A stretch of DNA of 64,000 nucleotides, taken from positions 38,316,001-38,380,000 of the forward strand of contig OX597833.1 of assembly GCA_951406725.2 (NCBI GenBank), read 5' to 3'. The stretch comes from Octopus vulgaris. Taxonomy: Eukaryota. The position numbers were made by a program, and so were the translations under genes. The notes under the pieces are model-generated. The model did not search any database and was not told where the DNA came from. It was given only the letters and a program-made list of their open reading frames with translations. Positions 39,926 to 52,822 of the stretch are shown in pieces (positions within the stretch are counted from its first letter, which is position 1; each line of letters opens with the position of its first letter).

Positions 39926-41562
39926 AATAAGTTGAACTCACCCTCCCTGACCATGAACCGGTATAAGTAGAACGCCCTGCAGGAAACCGTCTTTGATGCC
40001 GCAGTAGTTTGATTGGAGGGCTGCCGTAAAGGAATTCCGAAGTGGTAGCCGTCTTCCCCATAAGGGAAAAGCAATGGATACTGAAGCGCGTCATAAGATC
40101 TGTGAGTCTCGCTGATCCTGTGTAGGTTGTTACCACGGGAGGAGATGATTATGTCACGGCTGTTGTGTTGCTCTCCGTGTATAACTGCGGCAATTTCGTT
40201 GCACGCAGGTGCGTTGAAACGGCGTTCGTGCTCCCCGTGGGGTCGTTTATCAGCATCAATGACAACGGTGAAGTTTGGAGATGGAGCACTGTCCAAGGCA
40301 TATCTGAAGCTGCAGACGTAGCTGTTGATATCATGAAGCATGGTTTGGAGACGGAGAAGAATGTCTTTGCGAGGAACATAGCTTGTACCCGGTATTATTC
40401 CAAGGCGTGCATCAACCTGGTGGTTGTAGTCGGCAATGAAGTATATTTGGAGGAAAGAAGACTGCTGAATCTCGTCTGGCAGAAGTGACCCAATAAGATG
40501 GTAGACCTGTCCCTGCACTTTGAAAGTAGGCATCCAGCCTTCTCTGGGAGGAATTTTGGCCCCGAAAGAGGTCATTTGGAATGAGCAGTTGTACTTTCGA
40601 ATTATTTCAAGGAATTGTGACGAATCGGGGGTTAAACCCGCCGCGAGATCCTTCAGTGGTTGAGGTGGTTCCCGTAGGGGTGGCAGGTCCACTTTGCCAC
40701 CAGAGCAGCACAAACCAGGTGGCTCTCCGGGCCATTTCTTGGCTTTGCAAAACTGGCATACAATTGTCATTGACCCTATCTTGATGTCGTCACGCAAGGA
40801 GAAGTTAATTGTGGCGTCGTAGTTGAATGCTAGTGACAACCAGAAAGCGGGGGCAGGGGTACGTACACCACGAATGATATCCCGACGTTTGTTGATACTC
40901 TCAAGTCGAGTGCACCGTGCCTCAGCAGATTCAGATGCACGTGCGACAGCGGTAGCAGTGGCATCCCTTGAAAGCCTTTCAGCTCTCGCCTCAGCACCCT
41001 CTGAAGCCCTAGCAGAAGCAGTGTTAATGGCATGTCTGGATGTCCGAATAGTCCGTTGGTGTGGAGTTTCGGCAGATCGAGCCCTAGCTGTGTTTGCGGC
41101 GTTAGCAGCTTGGCGAGCTCTCCTCTGTTGAGGTGTTTCGGCAGCTTTGGCCATGGCTTTGTTTGCGGCGTCAGCATCTTGGCGAGTTCTCCTCTGCTGT
41201 GAGGTTTCGACAGATCGTGTCCTGGCAGTGCTAGTGGCGTTAGCCGCATTCCGAATGGCCCTTTGTTCGGGGTTCTCGCAAGCTCTGCGGATGGAAGCAC
41301 AGTAAGAAGCCCGCATTTTTTGGCTGGACTGTTGCTCTTTCGTCAACCTCGAGCGGAGGGAAGATCTGTACGCTGCGACCCTTGCAAGTCGGGTAGAACG
41401 GTCGCTAGTAGTTTCAGATGCCTGAGCAGCGGCATAACGGCAAGCTGTTTGCGATAGGCGCAAGGCGGTTTCCTCGTGGGTCTCGCGTGCCCTTCTAGCC
41501 CTAGCAGCCGATGCCTTGGCCGTCCGAGGGCTGAGGAGGGTCCTTCTCTTCTTGGGTGGCAT
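39926..41562 (-). CDS. Helitron Rep/helicase, N-terminal part (basic NLS-like start, 23-aa repeats, Zn-binding motif); joins downstream ORF via a -1 frameshift
   Basis: Likely start MPPKKRR at 41562 (Met91 of the 714-aa ORF). Contains CQFCKAKKWPGEPPGLCCSGGK and Helitron-typical YNCSFQMTSFGA, FKVQGQVYHLIGSLLP and HRSYDALQYPLLFPYGEDG. Homology switches frame at FNLL/RCRQLF (39923-39936). Confidence 0.9.
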
Positions 41563-41682
41563 TTTGGTGGATAGCAATGTGTTTGGCAAAGGTGTAATAA
41601 AAAGGAACACGTGGGGTAAGTATTTTGGTGGATAGCAATGTGTTTGGTAAAGGTGTAATAAAAAGGAGCTCGTGGGGTAAGT
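41561..41682. repeat. 61-bp tandem duplication immediately upstream of the Helitron start codon
   Basis: 41561-41621 vs 41622-41682, 3 mismatches. Confidence 0.92.
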
Positions 41683-42817
41683 ATCCGAAAATGTATAAAA
41701 ATGTACAAAAACGGCCAAAAAGCTGGCAGCAATGTGAGTGACAACAACGAAAAAGTCAAAAGTGATCAAACTGAACAAACGAAAGGAAAAGTTTTTTGAT
41801 GCACACGACAAAAGTGGTTTATAATAAACCAAGAGTTTGCAAGTAGCGTCCGAGGACCGTTAGGGTACGTCAAAAATTGAAGGTAAAACGTTTGGGGTGG
41901 TAGTTATAAAGAAAGTTTAAACCAAAAAAGTATTCGAATAACTTGCGGCTGCAGCAGCTATTAGCAGAAGTGGCGGTGTTGGGGGTAAAGTCTCGAATGT
42001 AATTTCTTCCTGGTAGGAATTGGTTGGATCGAATTATCGATAGCTAAAAAGGTCAAGTTGCGTCCCCTAGACAGTCTGGTTTGTGTTTAATACACAAATT
42101 TGTTTGCTATGTGTGCCACATATGATTAAATTAACCGATTTTTTCCAATAATGTATCCTATTGGAATAAAAAGGGCTATATAGCTCCTTGGAGCAGACAT
42201 GATGCTCGTTGTGAAAAAAAAAAAGATTCCTGCCAATTTGTGAAAGATATTGTCGAAAATATGTCATCTTGAATTTGAACGCGATTTCCCAAAATGGCAT
42301 GATTTTATCGATTGTTTCTGATGGTAAGGTATTGCATGGAAAACTAACGTCAGAATTGAGTTTCTTAGGGTAACATTAAGCTTCACCATGAGTTTGGTGA
42401 AAATCGATTGCAAGTTGTGAAAACTACCATAGATAATGCGTTGCATAAAAAAAGCTTAGATTCTCGAGTTGCGTCCCCTAGACAGTCTGTGGTTCATGTT
42501 TATGATTCTCGACCCCATGTCGAATTTATCAATTTTCTCAGAACTGGGGGAACTTTTCAAAATTTTCGCTGCGTTAGTTTTGAATTATGACATTGGGCTA
42601 TGTGTGTGTCAAGTTTCATCAGAATCGGTTGAAAGCCGTGGTCAGGGTGAGGGTACGAGAAAACAGACACACAGAAGCACGCACAGACAAACTGCCGTTT
42701 ATATATAGAGAGATATATATATATATAAACACACACACACACAAAGGTGTGTGGTGTAACTCTCTTTAAATTTGTGCAGTGGTTTACCAGAGGTATCCTT
42801 GTGGATGCTATCACACA

Positions 42818-42857
<40 letters not shown>

Positions 42858-44551
42858 ATAGCTGTATGTGATAGAATAGTGACTGTGAAGCTGGGTCAAA
42901 GAGGCTTTAGCAGTGGTAATAACCATTGAACACACTGTCTTTTCATTGTCTTATCTTTTTATTATTGTTTGGTTGAGAAGTTAAAATGTTTACTTTGCAT
43001 GCATATGCCACACCTTGGATAAGTTTCTTCTACCGTAGCTTCAAGTTGACCAATACCTTGTATGGAAGTCTGTACAGTCTCACATGCACACATGAATGCA
43101 GCTGTGTGGTTAACAAACTTGCTTTGCAATCATGTGGTTTTCAGTTCAATCCCACTGCATAGCACCCTGAGTGGGTGCCTTCCCCTATAGCCACAGGCTG
43201 ACTAATGCCTTGCAAGTGGATTTGATAGACGAAAACTGTGGAAGCTATTTTACTATTTAACAACATGTATTGGTCTGTTTACACCCCCATAACTTAATAG
43301 TTTGGGAAAAAAAGATTGATAGAATAAGTACCAAACTTTAAAAAATATGCATTTGGCCCAACTTATTCAACTAAATCCCTTAAGGTGGCGTCCCAACATG
43401 GCCACACTCTAATGACTAAAACGATTAAAAAGAATAGTAAATACTTGAAACTTAAGACATTTCCTTCTTTTCTGAGTGTCAACCTAGCACCAACTCTCTG
43501 TTTGTTTTTTCACCTTGTTTTTGAGCTGTCTTTTTTGCACCACACACACTCACACACACACATGTATGTATCCCCTAAAAACCACATGCAACTCATTCCA
43601 GCAATGGAGAGGTGTGCTTATTTTCTTTTGTTATTGTCTGAGTTTGTTAATGGTAATGGTTAGTATTATGTATGTATATGTTGTTAGAAATATATACATA
43701 TATCTTTTCTTTCCTGATAGTGTATACTGCCTTGCATCTTGGGCAAGTGTCTTCTACTATATCATCAGGCCAACTAAAGCCTTGTAAATAGATTTGGTAA
43801 TAGAAGCTAAAAGATCACTCCCTCCCTCACTCATTTCTTGACTTGACTTGCATGATGGTTACAAATGAGTGATGTTGCCATACAAGATATGGAAGTCATT
43901 TCCAATCTTCTTTAAAAACATGTCTGGTCATGGGAAAATATTGTCCTGCTGGGAAACAGGTGTGGGTTGGTAACAGGAAGAGCATCCACCTATAGAAAAT
44001 TGTCCTCAACAAATTCTATATGATCCATACAAGTGCACATGTGTGTGTGTGTGTGGGGGGGGTTGCAGGCATAAGAAATTCACTTTTTAATTAATTGTTC
44101 TTAGATTTAATCCCACTGCATGGTATTTTGGTCGAATGTCTTTTATGTTACCTTTGGGTCAATCCAAGTTTTGTAAGTGAAATTAGATGGATGGAAGTTG
44201 GAGATGTGTGTCAAATGAAGCATACATGTAACCGAAAGGTCCCATTTTGTCACACTGTGTTGTACTGATGTTGCTTGACAATTATAGTTTGCTACACATA
44301 TTCATCATGATTTGTGTATGTGTAGCTTGCAGCAAAAGATTGGCAAGAAGATTATTGGGGGGAAGGGTGCTTTTGTATACAAATATACTGTGGTTGTTTG
44401 TTTTGCTTGAGTGGCACAGACAATCCCATATCATAATCATTATACATGTCATAAAGTCATAAATCAGTGATTGGTCCATTCTGTAGCCCATAGCCTCTGT
44501 GGTTCACCAAATACAATTAAAAAGCAAAAAGAAAAGGCTTAACAGTTAAAT

Positions 44552-44883
44552 CAGGGGTTTTCAACCATTTATTAGCCTATGGACACCTTTGTTTTACTCT
44601 GGTGGACCCCATAGACATTCGATGTTTAAAAATAGTTTTATAGACACTTTTTTACAAATGCAGATTTTGTTTTTCACCTGTTCACTTGTGTAGGTTTGCA
44701 ATAGCACTCACTGAGAGAACATGTTCCAGTGGATAGAAACATGTTGAACTATGTAAAACACAAACACATCTAATATAAAAGTTATTCATGGATCCCCTAA
44801 AATACTATCGTAGATCTTCAATTTATTACTTTGCTTGCTTGGACCTACAAAAATCTTATATGGACCCCAGTTGAGAACCACTG
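44552..44883. mobile_element. hAT-superfamily MITE with perfect 8-bp TSD
   Basis: AGTTAAAT|CAGGGGTTTTCAAC...GTTGAGAACCACTG|AGTTAAAT. Confidence 0.92.
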
Positions 44884-45483
44884 AGTTAAATTAATATTTT
44901 AAAGAAACAGAATTAACAGAAGTTAGTGCTAGGAATGTGAAGGGAACACAGAGAGCTTTTTTCCAGTAATGCCAATAATATATTCTAATATTGTTGGGTA
45001 TGCTCCAGATAAATCCTTATTAAACAGGCATCAGACAAAGAACTAAGTGCAGTTGTTTTCATATTTTTAAGTGCTCATTGAGAGAAGAAAATATAGCACT
45101 CATTAAAATGCTTCTTCTACATTTTTACTGTGGGTGTGCACAGAAATTTGTACTGCATACATATTTTGTCTTTCTTTATAAAGTGTGTGCGCATTCATGC
45201 AAGAAATCATTGCTCAGATTTCTTCAATTAATCTGATTTCATCTTGCAAACTTTGTGTGCACACATTTTTTGCCTTTCTTAGTTGTAAAATGAGTATATG
45301 CACACAAGTACATAGCTTAGAAGGACCATTGCTTATGGCCACATATATTTACAGGGCATTTGAGACTGATGGGATAAAGACAAAAGAACAATCTTCAGCC
45401 AGAAGACCTGGTTCAAATGCTTTCAAGAGAGTGAACTCTGCTAAAGGCACTCAAGGACCAGCTGGTGGGTTTAAATGAGGTGA

Positions 45484-47345
45484 TGGAATTAAATCTACCA
45501 CTCAAAATTCAAGGTGCAAAGAACCAGCATAAATACTGTATGGTATCTTGTCCAGTGCTTTAACAATTCCACCAATCTATCTACCTGGATTGGCATTTTA
45601 TTTTATTGATTCTGAAAGAATGAAAACAAATATTATGCAGTTGGATTTGAACTTGGAATGCAGAAAACCTGAAACAAATTACATAATGTATTTTGTTTTG
45701 TGCTTTAATGACTCTGCCAATTCACTGTTATTCTTGGCAAACTGTTTCATTATTGCTGTTAAATTATTTATTTTTTGTTATTTTATTTTCTTGGTAATTT
45801 TTGTCTTTTTTCTTCTGGCTATAATAAATTTTGAGGTAAAACATTTGATCATGAGCAAGCTGGATTGGTCAATAACTAACATTCTTTGCATTCTCTCTCT
45901 CTTCATTTCTGATCCTCCTCCCCCCATCTGGAATTAAGTCTACCATGCAAAATTCAAGGTGCAAAGAGCCAGCATAAATAATGCAGAGCATCTTGTCCAG
46001 TGTTCTAACAATTCTGTTTACCTTTCAACCTGGATGGGCACTTTATTTTATCAACTTTGAAAGGATGAAAAGAAAAATTGACTGCAGTTGGATTTGAACT
46101 TGGAACACAGAAAGACCAAAACAGATACCATGAAGTATTTTGTTCTCTACTGTAACGACTCTGCCAATTCACTGTTATTTCTGGCAAACAGCTTCCTTAC
46201 AGCCATTAATTACTTGATACAGCAGGTGTGTTTTATGCTCGAGTGTTTCTCGAATATCACAATATGCTCAATGCAATTCCTGAAAGTATGGTTTTTAAAC
46301 TCCCCATTTGTTATTATTCTCAGGATGTTAGCCTTGCTCAGCTGCTGTGCAGCAAACATTTTGATCTAGCTTCAGAATAAATTGCTGAAAATTTTTATTT
46401 GACTTCACAACTCTGAGTTACGTAAATCAGGAAATGTGAAATAAAACTGTAAGACCTGCAAACTGAAGTGGTCGACCCTAACACCACATTCCTATGAGAA
46501 ATATTTCTGGTGCAGGGTGGAAGAAATACCTTAAGCGTACTTAGTATTTTATTATAGAATCCAGAGACAACCAACAACAACAGTAATAATAAAGCTTTAA
46601 AAAACAAAGACAAAAATAAAAACATGCTCTAGTATTACAAAACATTTTCTGAAGACATTCCAGTAGTGAAAAAATAAAATTAAAATATACTTATGGAACA
46701 AAAAAATTTTTTTAAATAAGAAGAACATTAAAAATTATAAAAAAAAAAAACACAAACCAACTACAAATAAACATTGTGATTAGAAAAATTTATTTATAAA
46801 ACACATTCTTTGAAAATGTCTATAAAGGCGGAAATTAGAGTAAGTGTATGCTTAAGGCAAAAGATGAATTTAGGTAGCAGGGTTGAAGATGTGTGTGAGG
46901 GAGAGGCTAATGGTGTTGGGGGTATGGTACAGGGGGTGGGGCAGTGGTGCTGGTTTATGTGTTGGGAGAGTGGTGAAATGTCTAGTTTACACAATTGAAA
47001 TAATGCCAAGTCCTATTTTAACAATATATTTTTCCAATTTGCCAAGTGGGTAGTGTTGGAGAAGAACATGAAAAAATAAAAACAAAAACAGTATCTTGTA
47101 GAGGTCTGCTCTATCAACTCATTCGCATAAGGTTGATAATTAAAATTTCACTATCTTCCAACTTGATGAGACTTTTGTTTCTTTCTTATTTTATTTTATT
47201 TTGTTATTTTTTGGTAATTTTTGTCTTTTTCTTCTTGGCTATAATAAACTTTGAGGCAAGACATTTGATCATGAGCAAGCTGGATTGGTCAATAACTAGC
47301 ATTCTTTGCATTCTCACTCCTCATTTCTGATCTCTTCCTCCAACC
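45484..47345. repeat. Local mosaic duplication
   Basis: 45484-45760 recurs at ~45929-46210, and 45770-45925 recurs at ~47195-47345. Confidence 0.8.
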
Positions 47346-48055
47346 CCTTCTCTCTGCATATGAACAGACAATTGCAGAATAAGTAGAGTTGAACAAAATA
47401 TCTTGTGATACTCCCTATGATTATCCATATCTTCTCTGTTATTTGTGGTGCAGTTGATTAGGTGCAGGCCATGTTTGCAGCCCCTAGTTAATCTTAATAC
47501 TTCAGACCTAAAATCAAAAGCATTCCAACCATGGCCATCCCAATATTTTTTTTCAAGGGTTTTAGAATGCATCATGTCTCTAACTAGTTTCAGTTCAAGA
47601 ACTGTGGCCATGCTGGGGCACCACCATTATCTGTGTACTTCTTTTTAAGATGGTAGGGTTTGACTTGAAGGAGATTTAGCTGCTGTTTCTAAAAGGTCAA
47701 GCTACCAAAAAGAACATATTTCAGTTCATACTTGAAAATAGATTTATGATACTGATTGACTGATTGGTCTGGTTGTTCAAATTATATCTACTGAGCTAAT
47801 CAAATACTTAGAATTAACCACTGACCCAGCATTATGTGTGTGTGCGTGTGTGTGTGTGTGTGTAAATGTTTGTTTTCATGTTGAGTTATAATAAAAACAA
47901 TTTTACATTAATCTGATAGGTTACTCTATGCTTTTGTGGAGTACAAATTTATTATTTCTAAACAAAAATATTGTTGAAGTTTTGGCCAGTGATGGCTTAG
48001 CTGGCCAAAACTTCAAAGTCATTGTCAACAACATTTTTGTATATATTGTGCGCAT

Positions 48056-48122
<67 letters not shown>

Positions 48123-48645
48123 TTCCAGCTGTTCAGTATTTACATTGTACATATTATTGTGCAGTTGTTGCTTAGTCCTTGGTCAGCCCTTTTGAAACTG
48201 ATCATCTGATCTTTATTAGACATGGTCTCTAATATTCTATTCAAATTGATGGAGGTGGGGTGTAATGCAGTTGTATAGAGACTCCTTCAGTTTGTTACGC
48301 AGTTGATTAAGTAGGTATGTTGTGTTATATGGAGTCAGTTACAGTGTAGCAGTGTTGTGTGGTTTGTAGATGCAGTGCTATTATATAGGAATGTTGTGTG
48401 ATGTATACATGCAGCCTGGTTATATAGGAATATTATGTGATCTATAGGTCAGAGTGTGGTTATGTAGGAATGTTGTGTAGTCTATAGATAGTGGAGTTAT
48501 GTAAGAATGTTGTGTACTAGTGTGTGTATGCTGCAGAATGTTAGTTAATTTTTTTTAAATATTAAGATGTTTTTGTGTTATGTTATGGTATGTGCAGCCA
48601 CTGCTCATTTGTTCACATATTCTTCTGTACATATACTGAAGGCAT

Positions 48646-48687
<42 letters not shown>

Positions 48688-50012
48688 TTATGTGCATGTT
48701 TGTGTATTTGTGTGTGTGTATACAGAGAAAGAGAGTGAGGTATATGTGTCTGTGCAGACAGAAATATATACACACAAACGTGTACTTATACACATGCAAA
48801 ATATACCTACATACAGTCTTATATATTTGAAGATTTGTATATATATATTACTCAGCATATCTAGGTATTTCTCTCTCTGTCTCTGTGACTGTCTGTCTGT
48901 CTGTCTATCTGTCTCTCTCTTATGAACACACACCCCTCTAAATATTTTCATTTGTATATAGATAGGAGCACATCATTTCATTACCATATAAATGTCAGGT
49001 TACATCTGACATATTGTTTTGAGGTTTTTACCTGTTTGCAAAGTCAGTTTAGTGTAGGTAAGAATGTACACATTTATGTATTACACTGCGTCTCTCTTTC
49101 ACATATTCCCTGCCTGTCTACCTCTGTCTATGTGTCTGTCTGTCCCTCTCTGGTTGTCTTTCCCACTCTCTTTCTCTTTCTATATATCATTCTCTCTTTG
49201 TCTGCTTCTCCTTTCATATTTGAGAAAATTGATGAGTATACTATATATTCTCCAAAAATGAAAATTCTTTCATTCTTCGCTTAATTAAATTTATTGTTAC
49301 AGACGCTCTTTCTCTCTCTCTCACACACACACAGATATCCAAAATTTATGCATCAGCTTTTTGTAACTGGAACAGCTATATGTTGATATGTTTGTGCATT
49401 TATTTATTTTCTTTTCTTTTCATTGTTCAGCCAAGAACTGCAAGTAACCTTGATAGTTTGGAGTTTGACTAAGATAAGGAATGTAGTATTAACTTTCTGT
49501 GACAAACTTGATATATTTTAGTAAATGGTTTTAGCCGTTGTAAGATATCTTTGTAAAACGTTTTGTATCTGTATATAAAGGGTATAGGCATGGCCGTGTG
49601 GTGAGAAGTTTGCTTCTCAACCACATGGTTCCACGGTCAATCACACTACATAGCACCATGGGCAAATGCCTTCTACTATAGCCTTGGTCTGACCAAAACT
49701 TTATGAGTGGATTTGGTAGACACAAACTGAGATTATATATATTGGTTCCACTTGGGCCAAGCAATACTAATAAACTGGTGCTAGAGCTCAATTTACATAT
49801 GTCTTACAGTAAAGCATTAGCTGGGTACAGAGCATTACATGAAATTAAACTAATGACAAAGGAACAAAATTATGCAATGAATTTCATCATCTTACAGCTG
49901 TTTCTACTACAGGGTGCAGTGTAAATATTAGGTATAGTTACATTCTCATTATGATCTGAAGTCTATTTTATTGCACTGGAGTGTTTTCAATGAAGTTTTT
50001 AAAAATTTCATA

Positions 50013-50170
50013 GCTGGAGTGGCTGTGTGGTAAGTAACTTGCTTACCAACCACATGGTTCCGGGTTCAGTCCCACTGCATGGCACTTTGGGCAAGTGTCT
50101 TCTACTATAGCCTCGGGTCGACCAAAGCCTTGTGAGTGGATTTGGTAGACGGAAACTGAAAGAAGCCCGT

Positions 50171-50201
<31 letters not shown>

Positions 50202-50412
50202 GTTTGTATGTTTGTGTATCTGTGTTTGTCTCCCCAACATTGCTTGACAACCGATGCTGGTGTGTTTAGGTCCCTGTAACTTAGTGGTTCAGCAAAAGAG
50301 ACCGATAGAATAAGTACTAGGCTTACAAAGAATAAGTCCTGGGATCGATTTGATTCGATTAAAGGCAGTGCTCCGGCATGGCCGCAGTCAAATGACTGAA
50401 ACAAGTGAAAGA
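50013..50412 (+). mobile_element. tRNA-derived SINE family A, best-preserved copy
   Basis: A-box-like TGGCTGTGTGG, B-box-like GGTTCAGTCCC, central TTGGGCAAGTGTCTTCTACTATAG, internal (TA)n/(TG)n and 3' GACTGAAACAAG. Resembles octopus tRNA-derived SINEs. Confidence 0.85.
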
Positions 50413-51189
50413 ATTAAAATATTTTTAATATTCCTTTTTTCTGATGTAAAATGGAATAACAGATGTTGACATAAAAAGACTTTCCTGAAGGCATAACCTT
50501 TATCATTTTATACAATCTTTGTTATATGTGTGTATATATACACGCGCACATATATATATACTTTTATTAAAGCTGCTAAATCATCACAAAAACTGTTCCT
50601 CAGAGTTTCACATTCCCATTCATTGGACAGTTGTGATGAAAACTTGCGGCTTTAATAAAACCATACTACTCTGCCTTTGGTATTCAAATACTATTTGTTC
50701 TAACTTGTTTTGCACTTATGTGCTCACCTGTGTGTGTGTGTATGGGAAAGTGAGGCTTATCCCTTGGTTCTGTTCTCATAATTGTTTCACTAATCCAATA
50801 ACAACGATGCAAAGTATGTAGCCCTTAAAACAGTTTTTGTGCTTTTACATAGAATACTGAACTGTCTTACACAGGGTTTTGTTTTTAGGAATTCCCAATA
50901 AGTTATGAATACCCAAATTGTGAAGTCAGTTATATAATAATATGAAATTACTTACCCGATAGTAAGAATTCAAATAAAGTAGGCTTTATTGTAAGATCCT
51001 GTGTAAGACAGTTCAGTATTCTTATTTTGGTTAGTGACTTTCCTATTGTTTAGGAAAATACTATTTACTTGTTTAAGGCTTGTACTGCGTAAATTGCAAA
51101 AATAACTAACAGTTCAAATACTAAGAAATAAGCATACTGAATTTCATTTTTACCAAATAATTTAGGAAAATGAATAGTTTATTTCCCTT

Positions 51190-51452
51190 GGCTATGTATA
51201 AGGATTCCTTCCAGGGGCGAACGGGTTATTTCCCTGGGTTCTTAAAATAAAATATATTAGATATATATAAGGATCTCTTCCAGGGGCCCTATTATCGATT
51301 TTTTTCAACAATCTGAGTTTGCTATGAGGTTTCCAGAGATGAGTTCTACTCACTGGTCAAGTTTCATCAAAATTGATAAAACGATGTAGGAGGAGTTAGT
51401 TAACAACTTCACAAACACACCCATAGACAGAATTCCCCACATTTGTAGTAGA
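51190..51452 (-). mobile_element. Probable non-autonomous Helitron-like 5' end (third family)
   Basis: The minus strand starts A|TCTACTACAAATG next to (TA)n. It carries plus-strand CAAGTTTCATCAAAAT, like CAAGTTTCATCAGAAT at ~42610 in the large element. The 3' end was not found and the left boundary is approximate. Confidence 0.5.
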
Positions 51453-51589
51453 TATATATGTTCTATGGAAGATATTTGTCCTCAGCCATCTGGACTTTTT
51501 CTCTCAACCATAATCACTCCTTTGTCAATTTAATAGTGGAACTTGAGGTAGTTCAGCTGTGCTACAACAAGAAGATTGCATTAGTCAAA

Positions 51590-52060
51590 GAGTGAGCTAC
51601 TGGAGAAACTAAAAGAATTTTGACTCCTTGGCGTGAAAACAAGCGAGTTATGTAGTGGTTATACATAAGGAAGATCCTAGAGGAACTGGCATCAAACTTT
51701 GGGATCTAGAGTTATTCCAACCCCATAACAGGATATCACTACATTATTCCAAAGATCTCAGCCAGTTTGTCTAGAGTAAGAACTAGGTACTGCAATAGCT
51801 TGGGGTTTAAAGGCCCACAGCTATTTAATATCATGCCAAAATACCTGAGAGAACTACATGGAGTGAAGGATAGATGTTTTCAAGAAGCACCTTGATCTTT
51901 TGTTCTCCAAGATTCCAAATGAACATACATCACAGCAAGAAACTTAAACAAGAGCAGCACTATCAAACTCACCCTATCACCAAAAGCCAATCACATAAAA
52001 ATGGCTATTGAAAAGATTCTGACAGCACTGTCGCACCATGGACGCAGCCTTTGGGCTGAA
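51590..52060 (+). pseudogene. CR1-group LINE ORF2 C-terminal fragment
   Basis: Degenerate KILEELASNFGI...RVRTRYCNSLGFKGPQLFNIMPKYLRELHG...FKKHLDLLFSKIPNE. Confidence 0.65.
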
Positions 52061-52768
52061 ATGCATTGAGGAATATATGTGTGTGTGTTTGTGTGTGTGG
52101 TTATAACTTTCCACATATTGGCCATGTTAAGGTAATTTTGGTGTGCATGTAGGTTACACTGTTGTTTCTTTAATAAAATCAAAATAATTTAGTCAGTGGT
52201 AGAAATCAGAGCCCATTGCCATATCAGGTCTGCCTGGACTTGTGAGATTGATGTGGTTAATATTTGGTTATAACATCAACAGATAAACATCTGCAAAATG
52301 CAAATTAATGATCTGCTCTGAACAGTTGAAGCAGATTAAACTTTCTTAAAGGCACCCAGTGACCAAGTATTAAACTAAATGTTTAAAAGCATTCCAACCA
52401 TGACTATAATCATTCAATTCGTATTTATATAATATGTTATTCCATTTTTAGATGGTAGAATATAATTTAAAGAATATTTGACTGCAATTTGTAGCAGCCC
52501 AAATGGTCACACAGAGGCTTGTGTTTAAATTGGCATTTATTAATTAAGATTCCTTAAACAATCTATCTCAATCCTTAGCATATCTCACAATTTTATTCTA
52601 TTTCTCTTTTACAGTCAGCCGCTTATTCTGTGAATCTGAATCTTTCAAGATGTATCTTATCTTGGATGTCAATACACAGACGTATCCAGTGGAACTTGGT
52701 AAGTCACACTTCATTTGATACTTTAATTGGTTTGTTTTGTCTCTACAATTCACTGTCTATCTTTTATG

Positions 52769-52822
<54 letters not shown>

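Larger units (their letters stand above)
36570..42713 (-). mobile_element. Full-length Helitron (rolling-circle transposon), autonomous-type
   Basis: The minus strand begins A|TCTCTCTATATATAAACGGCAG (42713) and ends ...ACCCGGGCAACGCCGGGCTATGCTGCTAG|T (36570). This gives 5' TC, a subterminal GC hairpin, 3' CTAG, insertion between A and T with no TSD, and (TA)n flanks. It contains the Rep/helicase ORFs. Confidence 0.97.

Noticed and set aside
39920-39945. Programmed -1 ribosomal frameshift in the Helitron
   Set aside because: No X XXY YYZ slippery site lies in the short window where both frames are open, so a 1-bp deletion or sequencing error is simpler.
36625-41759. Overlapping alternative-frame and antisense ORFs inside the Helitron (e.g. 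37503-38036, 38803-39210, 40830-41300)
   Set aside because: Shadow ORFs expected in GC-richer coding DNA, with no recognisable motifs.
41563-41832. First 90 aa of the 714-aa ORF
   Set aside because: Non-ATG start that runs through the 61-bp duplication; MPPKKRR at 41562 is the more plausible start.
50013-50090. tRNA gene
   Set aside because: A/B-box-like motifs continue into a multicopy SINE body and no cloverleaf is evident.
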